A stretch of 64,000 bases of DNA from Octopus vulgaris (GCA_951406725.2 OX597828.1:22134001-22198000); one strand, 5' to 3'; shown: positions 1 to 14,553, numbered from the stretch's first letter. Numbers and translations: made by a program. Notes: generated from the letters alone by a model not told the origin.

Positions 1-323
1 AATTCTGGAAATATAGTTTGTGGACTTAGTACATGACATACACGGGTGCAGCAAATTTCCTTTGGTATTTATTTATCATTACACATGTTACATTTGTCAA
101 TAAGAATCAGAAAACTGAACAGCTTGGAGAAACCTGTAAGAAATCAATTAAAAATTCTTCAGACAGAGAATTATATAAACGGCATTATTTGATTCTTTGT
201 CTGAAGAATTTCTAAAAGGAAAAATTTTAAAGTTTCGCCAACATGTATGACATTGTGATTCCTATTGACAAATAAAACTTGTGTAACGGGGATTAAATGA
301 TAATAAAAAAAAAATATGTTGTA

Positions 324-526
324 CTCTTTCACCACAACTTTCTCTCACTCGTTCTTCCTGTTTCTGTTGTACCTGTATTTCAAAGGGCCGGCCTTGTCAA
401 GATCTGTGTCACGCAGAAATCTCCCCGAGAACTACATTAAGGGCACACGTGACGTTAACTTCACGAGCCGGCTGTTCGTAGATTGACCCAACTAGAGCCC
501 TCATTATTATAACCGAAGGAGTGCCG
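324..526 (+). mobile_element. 5'-truncated, internally deleted copy of SINE family B
   Basis: Colinear with 4720-4945 (CTCTTTCACCACAACTTTCTC...CCCCGAGAACTAC...TAACCGA.GGAGTGC); ends at a (TA)n array. Confidence 0.85.
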
Positions 527-528
527 TA

Positions 529-628
<100 letters not shown>

Positions 629-1123
629 GTATGAATTAGAAAAAGGGTATATATATATATACATATTTCTATGTGTAAATGTATATGCATACATTACCTG
701 TATGTTTATATATGTGTATATATATATATATATATATAGGAATATATACGTTAATACATACGTATATTATTACATTAGGATAAAAACAACAAACACTCGT
801 ACACACACTCGTACAAATGAACATACACATAATTACATAAGTATATAAATGTGTACATACAAATACACGCACCAAAACCTACTCACAAACAAGCACACAC
901 GTTACACAATTCGAACACGCACCTACACCCCTAAAACACTTCCAACACGCATATATCGATTCTTCACAAAAATTAACCATCTCAAAAGAATCAGGTTAGC
1001 GTTGAGTTACCTTCTCATCTGCTGACAGCTTCAACTATCTGTATACGCAACGTCACACACCGGTGTCCAACGCGATGTTATGTATTCCGATATTTTCAGT
1101 GAAAAAAGAAAGAATTACAACAA

Positions 1124-1158
<35 letters not shown>

Positions 1159-1351
1159 GAGAAAATAAAGAAAACACAAGAGAAAGCAACCTTGTGAAAT
1201 TCAACATATTGCCTGCAAGTTGAAGAGTATTTGAGCACATATATATATATATATATGTGAGTGTATATATATATATATATATATACACTCACATATATAT
1301 ATACAAAACAAATATACATATATATACATATACATATGTACATATACATAC

Positions 1352-1385
<34 letters not shown>

Positions 1386-1595
1386 GCATATATGTATATG
1401 TATATATGTGTATGTGTCTGCGTGTCTGTGTGCGATTGTGCATGAATATATATGTAAGGTATATGTGTATATCGTAGTTTGTTTATGCACAACTGGAAAC
1501 ATATAACAATATCTATATACGAGTGTGTATGTGTATATATGTATGTGAAAATATACATATATATATATGTATATATACATATATGTACAAACCTT

Positions 1596-1627
<32 letters not shown>

Positions 1628-1637
1628 CATATACAAA

Positions 1638-1699
<62 letters not shown>

Positions 1700-2874
1700 T
1701 GTATATATATATATGTGTGTGTATACGTAAGTATATCGTTTGACACCTCTAAGTACACATGTTGCACTCTGCTGTATCCTGCCTTTTGGCATTGTGTAAG
1801 TCCATTAACAATATTGTACGTTTTATACAAACAACAATAACTACGACAACAACACCAACAACAACAACAACAACAACAGCAACATTAAGAAGACAAAAAA
1901 ACAAAATGGACTGACAATGGTTCCTGATTCAATAATCTTGCCTTCTCTTATGTTTTGTCCAGATGTATGAGTGGTTTGTATGACTGTTGTGTGCAAGCGT
2001 TATTGTATGGGAGTGCCTATATAAGCACATATGGATACATACATACATATACTCACTTCTATATGTCTAATATTCCTACATACTTGCTCTCACACACGCA
2101 CATAGACACACACTGTCAGTCACGTCGAAATCACGCATTTTCCCATTAAAATCACACGAACGTATGCCTGCATGTATGTATGGAAGGATGTGCGCATATA
2201 TGTATTACGTACGGTCATAGACGCACAGACACGTTTTTATATGACTATATATACGAATATACATTTAAATACTTTTATGTACACCGACGCATACACATAT
2301 GTACATACATATATAAATGTTTCTATATTTACGAATATGTTCTTACACATAAACACACATACACATACACATATAAATGTATATATGCATACATGGTTTT
2401 GTATATGTGTATATCTGCGTGTATGAGTGATTGCAAACGTGTATCACTGTTTGTGTGTATCCGTGCAGCATATCTCCATTTGCGTCGTTTGTTGTACATA
2501 TATATATATATATATATATATTTGTCTCCCTTACACCCGCCACCCATCACCACAACAATATTTATATATCCAGTATTCTCAATTGTTGAAAACTTAGAAT
2601 GGTTGGTCGATGTAGTGTTTGATTTTTCTACACATGCACGTATATATATATATATATATAAACACACCCACATGCATAACAACAACTGTATCTAAATATG
2701 TATCTGTATATACATATATGTAGAAGTAGATGTATACCGACATGTATACATATATACACATATATACATATACATATATATGTATATATATATATATATA
2801 TATATAAACATATATATTATACATATATATATTATATACATGTATATATGTATGTATACATGTATGTATATATC

Positions 2875-2910
<36 letters not shown>

Positions 2911-2958
2911 ATATATATATATGTATGTATATAAATATATGTATATATATGTATGTAC

Positions 2959-3012
<54 letters not shown>

Positions 3013-3206
3013 ATATATATATACCATTAAATCTTATTGTATATTTGTCATATATCATTTATTTCTTCATACATTTCACTTTTCATTATTATTTTCTGAT
3101 ATGATATTCTTTCCGAATTATATATTTTCATTTATCGAAAAATATATTTTCTTTGTCGGAGTATATTTACGATTTATTTATCGCAATTCGCAAACACATA
3201 CACATA

Positions 3207-3266
<60 letters not shown>

Positions 3267-3630
3267 CACGTACTTGCACACACACATGTAATCACACACA
3301 CACACACACAGACACACATGAGCATACAAGCACACGTTTTTTATGCTAGAATCGAATTTCATGGTTCACCGTTTCTTCTCGTGTACTATACTCTTCCTAG
3401 ATGAAGTTGCTTTACCCATACATTGTATGTATGTATAACCATGTATGTATGTATTACAATTGTATTACACATACATGTATCTGTATAAACTACCATTGTA
3501 TGTGCGCACGTGTGCATATGTATGTATGTATGTACGTATGTATGCATGCATGTATGTTCATTTGGTGCATTTCTGCAAGGACATATACAGTTTTCAATGT
3601 ATATCGCAATATTGTCTCGGTGGATTGGTA

Positions 3631-3885
3631 GATGACGGGGACGGAAACAAACCGACACCTGTTCTCAAGCGACGGTGGGTGTGCCAAACACAAAAACGCA
3701 AACATATGCATATATATATATACGACGGTCTTCTTTCAGTTTCCCTGAACCAAGTTCACTCAAAATGCTTTGGTCGATCCGAAGCTATAGTAGCAGATAC
3801 TAGCCCAAGATATCACGCAGTGGGATTGAACCCGGAACCATGTAGTTGGTAAGCACGCTACCTACTGCACGGTTGCTCCTGTGCC
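3631..3885 (-). mobile_element. tRNA-derived SINE family A, diverged copy
   Basis: Reverse complement aligns to the family A head (GGCRCAGGAG...TGGTTCCGGGTTCARTCCCACTGCGTG) and body seen at 39269 and 20728. Confidence 0.85.
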
Positions 3886-4566
3886 TATAAAGCAACTTTT
3901 CTACTCATTTTTAAAAAATCCCCATACTATCTTCCAAAGATGCGTCACGTGCTTGCATCGACTCGTCAGCTGGGAGTTTATCTTCAGAAAGACTGGATAT
4001 TTAACACCGCAATTCTCCTCTGAAATAGCAACAGCGCCCCCTCGAAATAACAATACTAAGGAAAGTAGCAGTAGAAACAGCAGCTGTATTTGTCATCAGC
4101 AGTCGAAGCAGTAACATAATAATTAATTAACAATCAGGGATTTGTTGATTTCGGAGCTGCTGTCTATTTTACTTACAGCAAATTAGTAATCAAATTAGAA
4201 CGTGGTCCTTTCAAGATTAGCATCTTTTCTTGATGATAGACCCATACCATGCGGTATGAATACAACAACACCACCAGAGAATATATGGAAGATCAAGTAT
4301 TTCTGTAGCAAGGTGTCGCATTAACAACTGGTTCCTCTTTATTTATGAGTATTGTTATTGCTGTTTCAGATACAGTTGCTGTGACTTAACTTATAGAGAA
4401 CGATGACTAAATACATTCCAATCTAAATGATGTGTCCTTCTTTTGAAGGTAACTATTCGTGATATGTGATAGATTTGGCTGCTATTCCATGTTAATCGTA
4501 CCAGTATATTGTTTTATCGCGAGATAAAGGACCAGTATCCAGTCAGTGGGTTGATACGAAAAAACA

Positions 4567-4951
4567 GTGGAGGCTCAATGGCCCAGTGGTTAGGGCAGCG
4601 GACTCGCGGTCATAGGATCGCGGTTTCGATTCCCAGACCGGGCGTTGTGAGTGTTTATTAAGCGAAAACACCTAAAGCTCCACGAGGCTCCGGCAGGGGA
4701 TGGTGGTGATCCCTGCTATACTCTTTCACCACAACTTTCTCTAACTCTTACTTCCTGTTTCTGTTGTACCTGTATTTCAAAGAGCCGGCCTTGTCACTCT
4801 CTGTGTCACGCTGAATATCCCCGAGAACTACGTTATGGGTACACGTGTCTGTGGAGTGCTCAGCCACTTACACGTTAATTTCACGAGCAGGCTGTTCCGT
4901 TGATTCGGATCAACCGGAACCCTCGTCGTCGTAACCGACGGAGTGCTTCCC
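4567..4951 (+). mobile_element. Full-length tRNA-derived SINE family B with 11-bp target-site duplication
   Basis: A-box TGGCCCAGTGG and B-box GGTTTCGATTCC in a tRNA-like head; ACGAAAAAACA is repeated at 4556-4566 and 4952-4962. Confidence 0.92.
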
Positions 4952-6687
4952 ACGAAAAAACAACTGACCGGCTCTATGTTGGTCTCATAAACAACCGAAT
5001 CAATTTTGCGTGCTCAATGTTCATTCGTTGAATTTAGAATGCTGCCCCTGATTCGGCCAGTCTGTTACTTAATAATGCCACGTTGGTGTATTTCGGTACC
5101 CGGCCTAGGAGAGCTCTGTTGTATAACCATTGAGATATTGTGGACATCGGGAAACTGATGCGAGCCATTCACCCTTCAACTAGTTGGTCATTAATGTGTC
5201 TATTGAGCCCGAAATCCATGCTCTCGTTGTTTAGCAATGTTGGTTGCGTACATTCATACTAAATCCTTGAATACGATACACCGTCCCCGCCGCTATAATA
5301 TGTCTTGAATCTGTAATTATAAAATTACCAAGCCTTTTGCTTTGCAGTTCAGTCATTATGGTAGATCATTCTTGTGGAGTGAATAGAAACGAAAAATATA
5401 ATTATAAAGCTATAATTGACCCTATAATTAAAATTCGTTGGGTCAACGAATACTGATAGTTACTCGTCTAATATTAGTGGAAACAGTTTCACGCCTAGCT
5501 AGAGAAGCCGTCGGGCAGCGATAGACAAAACAAAATGGCTACTTCAGAACGAACAGCATTTCTCACAGATCAAAATAACAAGCTTTCAAATAAATAATTT
5601 CCGCTTCATTGCCCTGCTTGGAGTAATTCTTTGATTCAGATGAATAAATCATATGTATTCACTTTTGATAATAAAATTTTACGTTGGTTTCGAAGAAGCG
5701 ACTGATGCTAACCTAAGAAGGAGAATCTACTTGTGCTTAGCTCTGATTGTACTGATAACCATAGTTATACTTTCTCTTCAATGAATAACTTTTTATTTTA
5801 GCGATTAAATTAGCATCTAAGTATGAAGTACATTAGTAGCTTAGTAGTCATGTGACAGTATTTGAAGCAGAAGAACATCGAATGGTTTTCAGGCAGAGTT
5901 GTAGAAATATATTGAATAAAGAACTGTATGGTTTTGCAATTGTTTCGAAACGAAAAGGCCTTGATGTTTATTCAATCGCTTCGATGAGAGATTACGCAGT
6001 TTCGTTAAGGAAACCTTGATCATTTACAAAACTATCAAAATTAAATGTGATAAGCACGTAATAATTTCCATACATGTTCAGCATATTTTGTTTTTCTATT
6101 TTCCGTTTTGTTTAATGCTGACGTCGTCGCTTTCTTAGAACGAAACAAGCATTTTCCATCAGAAACACTGTTGGATTTTCTATAGAACATTTTCATTTAC
6201 TTGCATTGATGCACATTCTGTTGTCTCCTTGTCAATAGAGGGCATATAAGAACCTCCCCATACACACATACACACATATTTATACACACACACATCCACA
6301 TGATCATATAGAATCCAATATATCAATGACATGGTGTCCGTGACTGTTGTACATCAAGGTATTTTCTGCCGTTATCAATTTACCAATTCCAGCAACTAGA
6401 CGGAGAGAAATTTAAATAGAGAACGTTTCATCCTGTGAACCGATAATAAAACATAGTAATCTATAAGTCTGGTCTACTTTCCTCCATTACACACAAATAT
6501 ATGCGAACGCGCGCGCACACGAATATATATGTATTTATGAATGTGTGTGTGTGTATATTTATATATATATAGAGAGAGAGACAAAGATATAGAAAGACAC
6601 AGAGACAGGGAGACAGAGAAAGAAACAAAGAAAGAGTGAGAGAAGAAGAATGACAACACATTTTTACATGTAAAGTTCTAAATTTAA

Positions 6688-7037
6688 AGGTGCATGGCTC
6701 AGTGGTTAAAGGGTCGGGTTCACAAGCATGAAGTAGTGAGTTCGATTTCCGGTCCGGCCTTTGAGTTGTGTTATTGAGTAAGAGACTTTATTTCACTTTG
6801 CTCCATTTCACTGAGCTGTAAAAACGAGTTGCGACGCCACTGGTGCCAAGCTGTATTAGCCTTTGCCTTTCACTTGGATAGGATCGCATCAGTGGTGTTG
6901 AAAGGAGAGGCTGGTATGCATGGGCGACAGATGGTCTTCCGCGAGCAACCTTGCCCGGACTGTTGCTTCGGAGGGTAACTTTCTAGGTGCAATCCCATGG
7001 TCATTCATGACCAATGGTGTTCTTTTACCCTCTTTAC
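6688..7037 (+). mobile_element. tRNA-derived SINE family C
   Basis: A-box TGGCTCAGTGG, B-box GAGTTCGATTTCC; colinear second copy at 15625-15957. Confidence 0.88.
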
Positions 7038-7322
7038 TATACATGTTAGACACAGCGGCTGAGGATCTAAATCTATCAGCTCTGAATTAAATCAGGTAGG
7101 ATGTAGTATCAGATCGTTTACCTGTGTTTCAGAAAATATTCTCCCGCCACAATCTTGGAAAGATTACACGCACATTTTTGTTCTTTCTGACTTTTAAATT
7201 AGGCACGGAACACGCATTATTGAGTGATGGGGTTTAATAGATACCACGAAGTCTTGCATGGGTACGTACTTTATTTCATCGAATCGAAGTGATGGAAGGA
7301 AGGACGACATGCTTTATTTTGA

Positions 7323-7690
7323 TACTAGCTAACCACTTGCCGCTAATGACGGCTAATTGTAGTATTTTATATATAAATAAGGTACAAAATATGGTATAAG
7401 ATAATCACAATACAAACATTCACGCTCTCCCTTGTACACGCACACACATACACAAATATACTCAGAGTTGAAACGCTGATGTTTTTTCACCGCTTCCTTC
7501 CTTATTCATCTTTCACCCCTTCCTTTCTCTCATTGCTATTACTCTCACTCTCTCTCAGTCAAGGCTATCATTCTCACTACTTCTCCTTCACTGAATTACT
7601 ATTTTCTTTCCTCCTCCACGTTCGGCGTAATTCTGGATAAATATACATATACCAAGTATATAAAAACACTACGCTCATTATTATATTACA
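7323..7690 (+). mobile_element. Non-autonomous interspersed repeat, Helitron/Helentron-like start
   Basis: Begins TACTAGCT followed by a GCCG...CGGC hairpin; colinear with 41501-41885 (shared CAGAGTTGAAACGCTGAT). The repeat is seen directly; the class is inferred. Confidence 0.55.
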
Positions 7691-7899
7691 AGATTCTATG
7701 CGTTCTACCACCTCAAAACATTTTTGCCAATCTATCGCTCCAACAACAATAAAAAAGGCTGTAAATAAAAGGACAAGAATTCTTTCTCCTATAGACAAGA
7801 ATTCTGAGGAAATTATGATGAAATGGACAAGTCGATACAATAGAATGCAGCTATCCACCGTTACTCCTGTGGCTGCTGGGAGACCGTATGCGTGGTAAT

Positions 7900-8230
7900 A
7901 GGAGGACTCCATCATGGCTGTCAAACAATCTCTGCGACCAAATCACCCCCAAACATCTGGCCACCTTTGCAACCCCCCCCCTGTTTATTATGTGTGGAGC
8001 ACAATTGAGCGCAAGACCAACAAAACTCCTTGTAACACCAAAGATGAACTGAAGGCAAGGATTACGGCAACATTCGCCAAACTAATCAAGGAGACCATCC
8101 AAAAGACCTGCAGGAGATTCCAAAGTCATCTGGAGACGGTGATTGAAGGCAGTGGCGATTTTACTGAATGAATTTACTCTTTAGTATTTCAAGATATCTT
8201 TATGAAATTTTGGTAAATATATCTGTTAAA
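7900..8230 (+). pseudogene. Tc1/mariner-superfamily (maT/DD37D-like) transposase C-terminal relic
   Basis: ORF 7914-8171, CNPPPVYYVWSTIERKTNK..NTKDELKARI...CRRFQSHLETVIEGSGDFTE, matches the NPLDYYVW...LEAVIEAxGxFIE C-terminal pattern. Confidence 0.8.
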
Positions 8231-9147
8231 ATGTGCATGGGCTCGAGAACAGGGGGTGCAGCGGGTGCACTTGCACCCCTTGGAATTTTCAGGTGGTGCA
8301 AGATCAAAATTTGCAGCCCCTACATAATTTTACCAGTTTCAGAAAATAGTGTCTAAAAATTATCTGTATAAGCTGCTTGAAGTTAGATTTCGTTTCAAAG
8401 CAAAAACAAAGAACAAAAATACATAAATAAAAGTGATGAAGCTGGGCTTAAAATTCCCAAGGGAATTTATGACTAACCAACTTCTGAAGCAAAGTAGCGT
8501 CAAAATAAAAAGTATGTGACAACAACAGTAGCAGCAAACAACAAGAACAACAACATGGCCAGCATCTACAGCTACTCTCCAATTCATAGCATTACATGGA
8601 TTCTTGAAGACAGCTCTATTCTGACAAAAATAACTCCAAAATCTTGCAATGCTGAAAATGTGTGAAGGTTCTTGTCCTCTCTCAGTCTGTCACCTCTCTC
8701 AAGTTCATTGTAGTTGATTTTGCTATAAATTGACGACATGGTTGAATGGATTCGACTGTTTGACCTCAGCCTAACAATAAAAGCCCTTTAAAAATTCTTT
8801 CAGTCATATCAGTTTTCACCACGCCGCCATCTCTTCAGATATCCGACTATCGGAAAAATGCTGTGAAAAATTATACAAAGGGAAATTACTGTGTGATTGA
8901 CAGTTATTAAAACAAAAGAGCTATACGAATAACCGCTAAGTAAGGGGAGGGAGTAAGTAAGCGGTCATTCGAATAGCTCTTTTTGTCTTAAGAACGGTCA
9001 ATTACACCGATTTCCACCTCGGCATCAGAAACTCGGAGTTTTATCATGACTACCGAATAATTGTCACATATTACATTTACAGATATATTCTTCTATTTAC
9101 ATAATATCGAGGTCTCTTTATTTCTTTTGTTGTCTTACTGTTTTTAT

Positions 9148-9196
<49 letters not shown>

Positions 9197-9200
<4 letters not shown>

Positions 9201-9413
9201 ACGTCTCTTTTCAGTATGTGACCTCGTGAAGACTACCTGCAATTTTTTTCCTCTCCCCTCCCGTCTCGGGATCTTTCTTTCTCCTATGTTTCCGACGAAG
9301 AGCTCCGCTCGAAACGTCATACCCTCCTTCTTCCATTTTCCTGAGCGCCTAATAATAATAATACTGTAATTGTTCCACGTGTTGTTGTTTTTTCTGTTTT
9401 CCCGTTTGGATTA

Positions 9414-9418
<5 letters not shown>
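9197..9418 (+). mobile_element. PLE-type terminal (pLTR-like) fragment embedded in (TA)n
   Basis: Colinear with 23033-23219; (TA)n on both sides; carries a hammerhead motif. Confidence 0.7.
9288..9322 (+). ncRNA. Minimal type I hammerhead ribozyme, mutated (CCGACGA core)
   Basis: GUUU-CCGACGA-A-GAGC-UCC-GCUC-GAAAC-GUC-AUAC; the sister copy at 23099 has an intact CUGACGA. Confidence 0.6.
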
Positions 9419-9462
<44 letters not shown>

Positions 9463-9465
9463 CTG

Positions 9466-9506
<41 letters not shown>

Positions 9507-9509
9507 TTA

Positions 9510-9570
<61 letters not shown>

Positions 9571-9577
9571 CTGTATA

Positions 9578-9630
<53 letters not shown>

Positions 9631-9679
9631 ATATGGATATAGGTATATATGTGTATGTGTTACTTTGTATCAACGTTGC

Positions 9680-9850
9680 AACGCTTCATACCCAGTGTTG
9701 GTTTGCTTATGACCATACGCAGCTTAGTTTTTCGGTGAAGAGAAGATACAAAAAGTTCTACTTTCTTGGGTCGATTTTGTTTGACAAAAAATATTTTAAG
9801 GCGGTGCACCAGCATGGCCACAGTCCACTGATTAGAACAGGTAAAATGTA
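9680..9850 (+). mobile_element. Degenerate 3' portion of SINE family A
   Basis: GGGTCGATT...AAGGCGGTGCACCAGCATGGCCACAGTC tail. Confidence 0.7.
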
Positions 9851-10456
9851 AAAAAAAAATACAGAGAATGTGAGAGAGAGTTATTAATAGGAGAGAATGG
9901 GAGAGGAAAGAGAAAGGAGGTAGTTGAGAGTGAGAGAGAGTGAGAGACTGAGAAATTGAGAAAGTGGGAGAGTGAGAGACAGTTATTCTCACCCAATCAC
10001 AGCAAGATACTTAATCATTTTTTCTCGATCATTCTAAAGCTTCTGCAAATCGAACGTCTATTTTGATCGTAACTATACAGGAAGGTTAAACTACCGCTCT
10101 GACTAAACAAAAAAAGTTTTTTTTTTCTTTATTTACAAAACAAACAAAACACAATATATTTAAAAAAAAAATAATGAATTATGACAAAGATTAAAATGGC
10201 GGCTATTCTTTTCATTCTTCTCCGTTTGTTTGTTAATGTAATGGCTTTCTAAAATAAAATGCAGTCATTTCATACACTGTCTGGAATTATGCAATAAAAA
10301 TATTAATTTGAAAAGAAAATTGATACATTTATCTCGAATGAAAAAAAATATAATTATTACTCTACATACATATCTGTATATCAGTATAAACTTTCATAAT
10401 ATATGTATGTGTATATGTAGACATGTATGTATATTTATATATATGTACGCATGTAA

Positions 10457-10490
<34 letters not shown>

Positions 10491-10574
10491 ATGTATACAT
10501 ACACACATTCACAAAAACATACACACTCACTCACATATATAGCTGTCTATAATATGTATATATATGTATATATG

Positions 10575-10640
<66 letters not shown>

Positions 10641-10743
10641 AACCTATGTATACATACACACATTCACACAAACATACACACTGACTCATATATATAGCTA
10701 TCTATATTATGTATATATATGTATATATGTATATGTATATACG

Positions 10744-10780
<37 letters not shown>

Positions 10781-11494
10781 GTAGGTATATTATGTCTACC
10801 GATCGTCACGGCATCCTTCTCGCACATTTCTGCACACAAAAATTTCTTTGAATACATAGACAGACCCATTTATAACGACGTATGTTCTTATATGTTCATA
10901 TGTGTGTCTAAGTTTCTTTGTAGCATGTTATGTTCCTGTTTGCGTATACATGTCTTTATATATGTGGACGACGTAGATTCCGTCTCACGTATGACATAAG
11001 TTTATCTCTGTTTTGATTCAATTATATATATACCCATTTTTATCGGCATATACATTTAAATTTCCGTTTAATTGTCACGAGAATGAATTTGTTTATGAGT
11101 ATATATGCAGAAACATATATAAAATGCGCATGCAAACTCACACACACACATACACACTCACACAAATGCACAGACACAAAACCATGCGCTCTCACGTGTA
11201 TATGATTCACATATATAAATTTATATACATGTTTACATATTAAAAAGTTTAATCACGCCCATGGAGTGATAAGTAAATAAATATGTATTATATTGTGTTT
11301 ATTAACATATATCAATGTACGCATATATGTATGTATGCACACTGATATATACATGTATGTGTGTGTGTGTATGTGCGAGTGTGTGTATTTATATATAGTC
11401 ACATACATTCATAATTATTTAAATATATATATACTATATATATGATATATGATACTCATATCTAAAAATTAAAATAATATATATTTAAATATAC

Positions 11495-11541
<47 letters not shown>

Positions 11542-11593
11542 TATATACATATGTGTGCGAGTATGTATATATATGAATATATATGTGTGAGTA

Positions 11594-11625
<32 letters not shown>

Positions 11626-11764
11626 ACTTGCCTTATAATTTTAACAACTGTCATGAGACCTCCATATAACATATTTTCTGTTAAATGTGTGTATTTGGCT
11701 ATGCATATCTATATATGTGTGTGAGTGTGGGTGTGTGTGTATGGGTGGGTTACAATATATGATA

Positions 11765-11795
<31 letters not shown>

Positions 11796-11863
11796 GTGTG
11801 TGTATATATATATATATATGTGTGTGTGTATATATATGTCTGTATATATGTATATATATATGC

Positions 11864-11894
<31 letters not shown>

Positions 11895-11896
11895 TA

Positions 11897-11927
<31 letters not shown>

Positions 11928-12434
11928 CACTTGCTTTATAATGGTAATATATATCAGAACTCCATATAACCTACTTTAATTTCTGTTTATGTATAACTTG
12001 CATTATAAAGTTAGCAAGTAGCAGAATATTCCATATTACGAAAAAAATATATATATTTTCGATGTAAGTGAGGAAAATAGTATTAAATATATCTATGCTG
12101 ACCGTTCATATTCAGCTGGTAATTCATTTTACGTTTCCCTCAAAATCCACCCGCCTCGTCGGCGGACCCAGCAGCAAAGGGTCCGCCGGGTTCAGTGTAA
12201 ATGCCTGATATCTATTATTGATGGTAGTCAGATTTGAAAAGACTTTCATGCAGAATGGCTAAAACTCATAAGAGTCTCGGTACATGTTATACACGCACGT
12301 AAGTTCGATCACATGTATACACACACACACACACACACATATATGTATGCATGTATGTACGTATGTATTTATGTATGTATGAATGTATGTATATGTATTT
12401 ATGTATATATATATATATATATATACATATATGT

Positions 12435-13920
12435 ACACACAGGTCTACAAATGAAACGTCGCACTGCAAAAGATTATTTGTTTCACACCGTATTTTGAAA
12501 TTATATGGATTTTATCAAATTTCTAGTTAATTTGACATCAGGAAAATGTCACTGACCCGTAACAGCACTCTCTTTTGAAAACACAAGGTTTCCTTGTAGG
12601 GTTCGAACTCGCTCACTTTTCGTGAACATGGTAATGCTCGCGAACGCATCTTTATGAAAAGCATGGTGCACGTTCACAACATCGACTCATTGAGCATAAA
12701 AGGCCCCCAAATTTAGCAGCGTGTCCTTCGTTTCCTGAACGCAGTAAGCATGGTACGACTGACCTGAAATCAGTGGGAGCAACCCATCGGACATCTCCAT
12801 GCTGGTCGACGTCCATGTGTCATTGCTAATGACTCGAAATGCAGAATTCAGACAACTGAGCGTCTGAGGGAACGACACAATGTCACAAACTGCACGAGTG
12901 AACATCTACGCAGTGGCCGACCAAGGGTTACAACGTCACATCAAGATCGCCACCAGCATCGATAGTAATGCAGGACCGATTCTAGAGAGCAACAAGATCA
13001 GCTAAAGAGACGATAGAGAATCAGCACAGACCCATTCGTGCAGACACAGTTCGCCGCAGGCTGAGCTCTTTCAATTTGTCTTGTTGACGTCCGGCTAGGA
13101 GCCTCATCCTCGCAGATCTTCATCGACGGGGACGTCAGCAGTGGGCCCCAAAACGCCAGAACTGGTGATATCAGCAGTGGAGTATTGTAGTCCTCTCTGA
13201 CGAAAGCCGATTTTGCTTTTCTGAGGAAGATGGCAGAGCTAGGGTTTGGAGAAGAAGGGGAGAACATCATGCCGATGGCTGTGTGCTGGTTAGAGAATCA
13301 CGTGGAGGACAGAGCATCATCTTATGGGGTGGATTGCACTCAACCAGAAACTTGGACCGGTGGTCTTCCAAAACTCGGTCACGGCCGGGGCACTGGGATA
13401 ACTGCTGCTCGCTATATCGACCAAATGTTCAGGCCTCACATCGTGTCATCCTTTGCCCGTTATCAGTTATCGGTTTCAACACCCACGCCCATACTGCCAG
13501 GTTGACAATAGACTTCTTCCAACACCACAACATTCAGACACTGCCATGGCTTGAGCCCATTGAGCACCTGGAGGACGAAATCCAAAGAAGGCTAAAAGAT
13601 ATTTGTCCAAGGCTGACAACTGCGTCACACCTCACAGTAAGTTTTAACAGAGTCTTGGCTTCTATCTCCATGGCCTTCATCAATCGTTTAGTGTAGTCAA
13701 TGTACAGAAGATGCCTCACGGTAATCAACACTCACGCTGGTCATACTCCATCATCATATGACACCATATGACCTCAAGCATGTTTCAGGAAATGACGTTT
13801 TATCATTAGGAAAGAACAGTTTCTTAATTAGCTCGCTTCATTAAATGCTGTGGCAGTCTGTTAATAAACCGACACCCTTTGTTTAGTATGTGTGCGACGT
13901 TTCTTTTGTGGCTCGGTTTA
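12435..13920 (+). mobile_element. Decayed Tc1-like DNA transposon
   Basis: Broken-frame remnants GRPRVTTSHQDRH, VLSDESRF-like, GGQSIILWGG, AHTARLTIDFFQHHNIQTLPW..PIEHL; inverted ends ACAAATGAAACGTCGCAC / GTGCGACGTTTCTTTTGT. Confidence 0.85.
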
Positions 13921-13937
13921 TGCATACATACATACAT

Positions 13938-14009
<72 letters not shown>

Positions 14010-14199
14010 ATATGTGTGTGTGTATGTATGTATATATGTATATATATGTATATATGTATGTATGTATGCATGTATGTATGTGTATATATATATATAGTTC
14101 GTATATAGTTAACTAACAATAACAATAAAGGACCGAAGCCATGCGTGTGCATATTATTACCGGCATAATGCCCCCCCGCCCAAAGTTCAATAGTGTATA

Positions 14200-14272
<73 letters not shown>

Positions 14273-14313
14273 TTGTGTGTGTATATATATATATATAGTT
14301 TTATATATAATAT

Positions 14314-14553
14314 TTGGAGAGAAGATTTTTTCTCAAGGAGTTGAGATTAAAGAAAAGAGCTTTTTAGAAAGTCGAAAGACACTAACCTTTGGGAAGAGAT
14401 TTCAAAAATGTGTTTAGGCGGTTTTTTTTTATAAATGTGCAAGCGTTTTCAGTTCTTAATGTTTTCAAACAGAGGTTATTGTATATAGTTATATACAAAG
14501 GTTAGTGCCTTTCGACTTTCTAAAAAGTCTTTGAGAAAAAAATCTTCTCTCCA
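14314..14553. repeat. Fold-back element with inverted ends between (TA)n arrays
   Basis: TGGAGAGAAGATTTTTTCTCAA...CTTTTTAGAAAGTCGAAAGACACTAACCTTTG is mirrored by CAAAGGTTAGTGCCTTTCGACTTTCTAAAAAG...AAAATCTTCTCTCCA. Confidence 0.85.

Noticed and set aside
4567-4650. tRNA genes in SINE heads (also 6688, 15625, 39269)
   Set aside because: They continue into multicopy SINE bodies and lack a full cloverleaf.
5030-5310. Unique-looking sequence after a minus-strand ttacag acceptor
   Set aside because: All three frames stop within ~80 nt.
8236-8320. Possible hAT-like terminus (CATGGGC..AGGGGGTGCAG..TGCACCCC)
   Set aside because: No matching opposite end or target-site duplication found.
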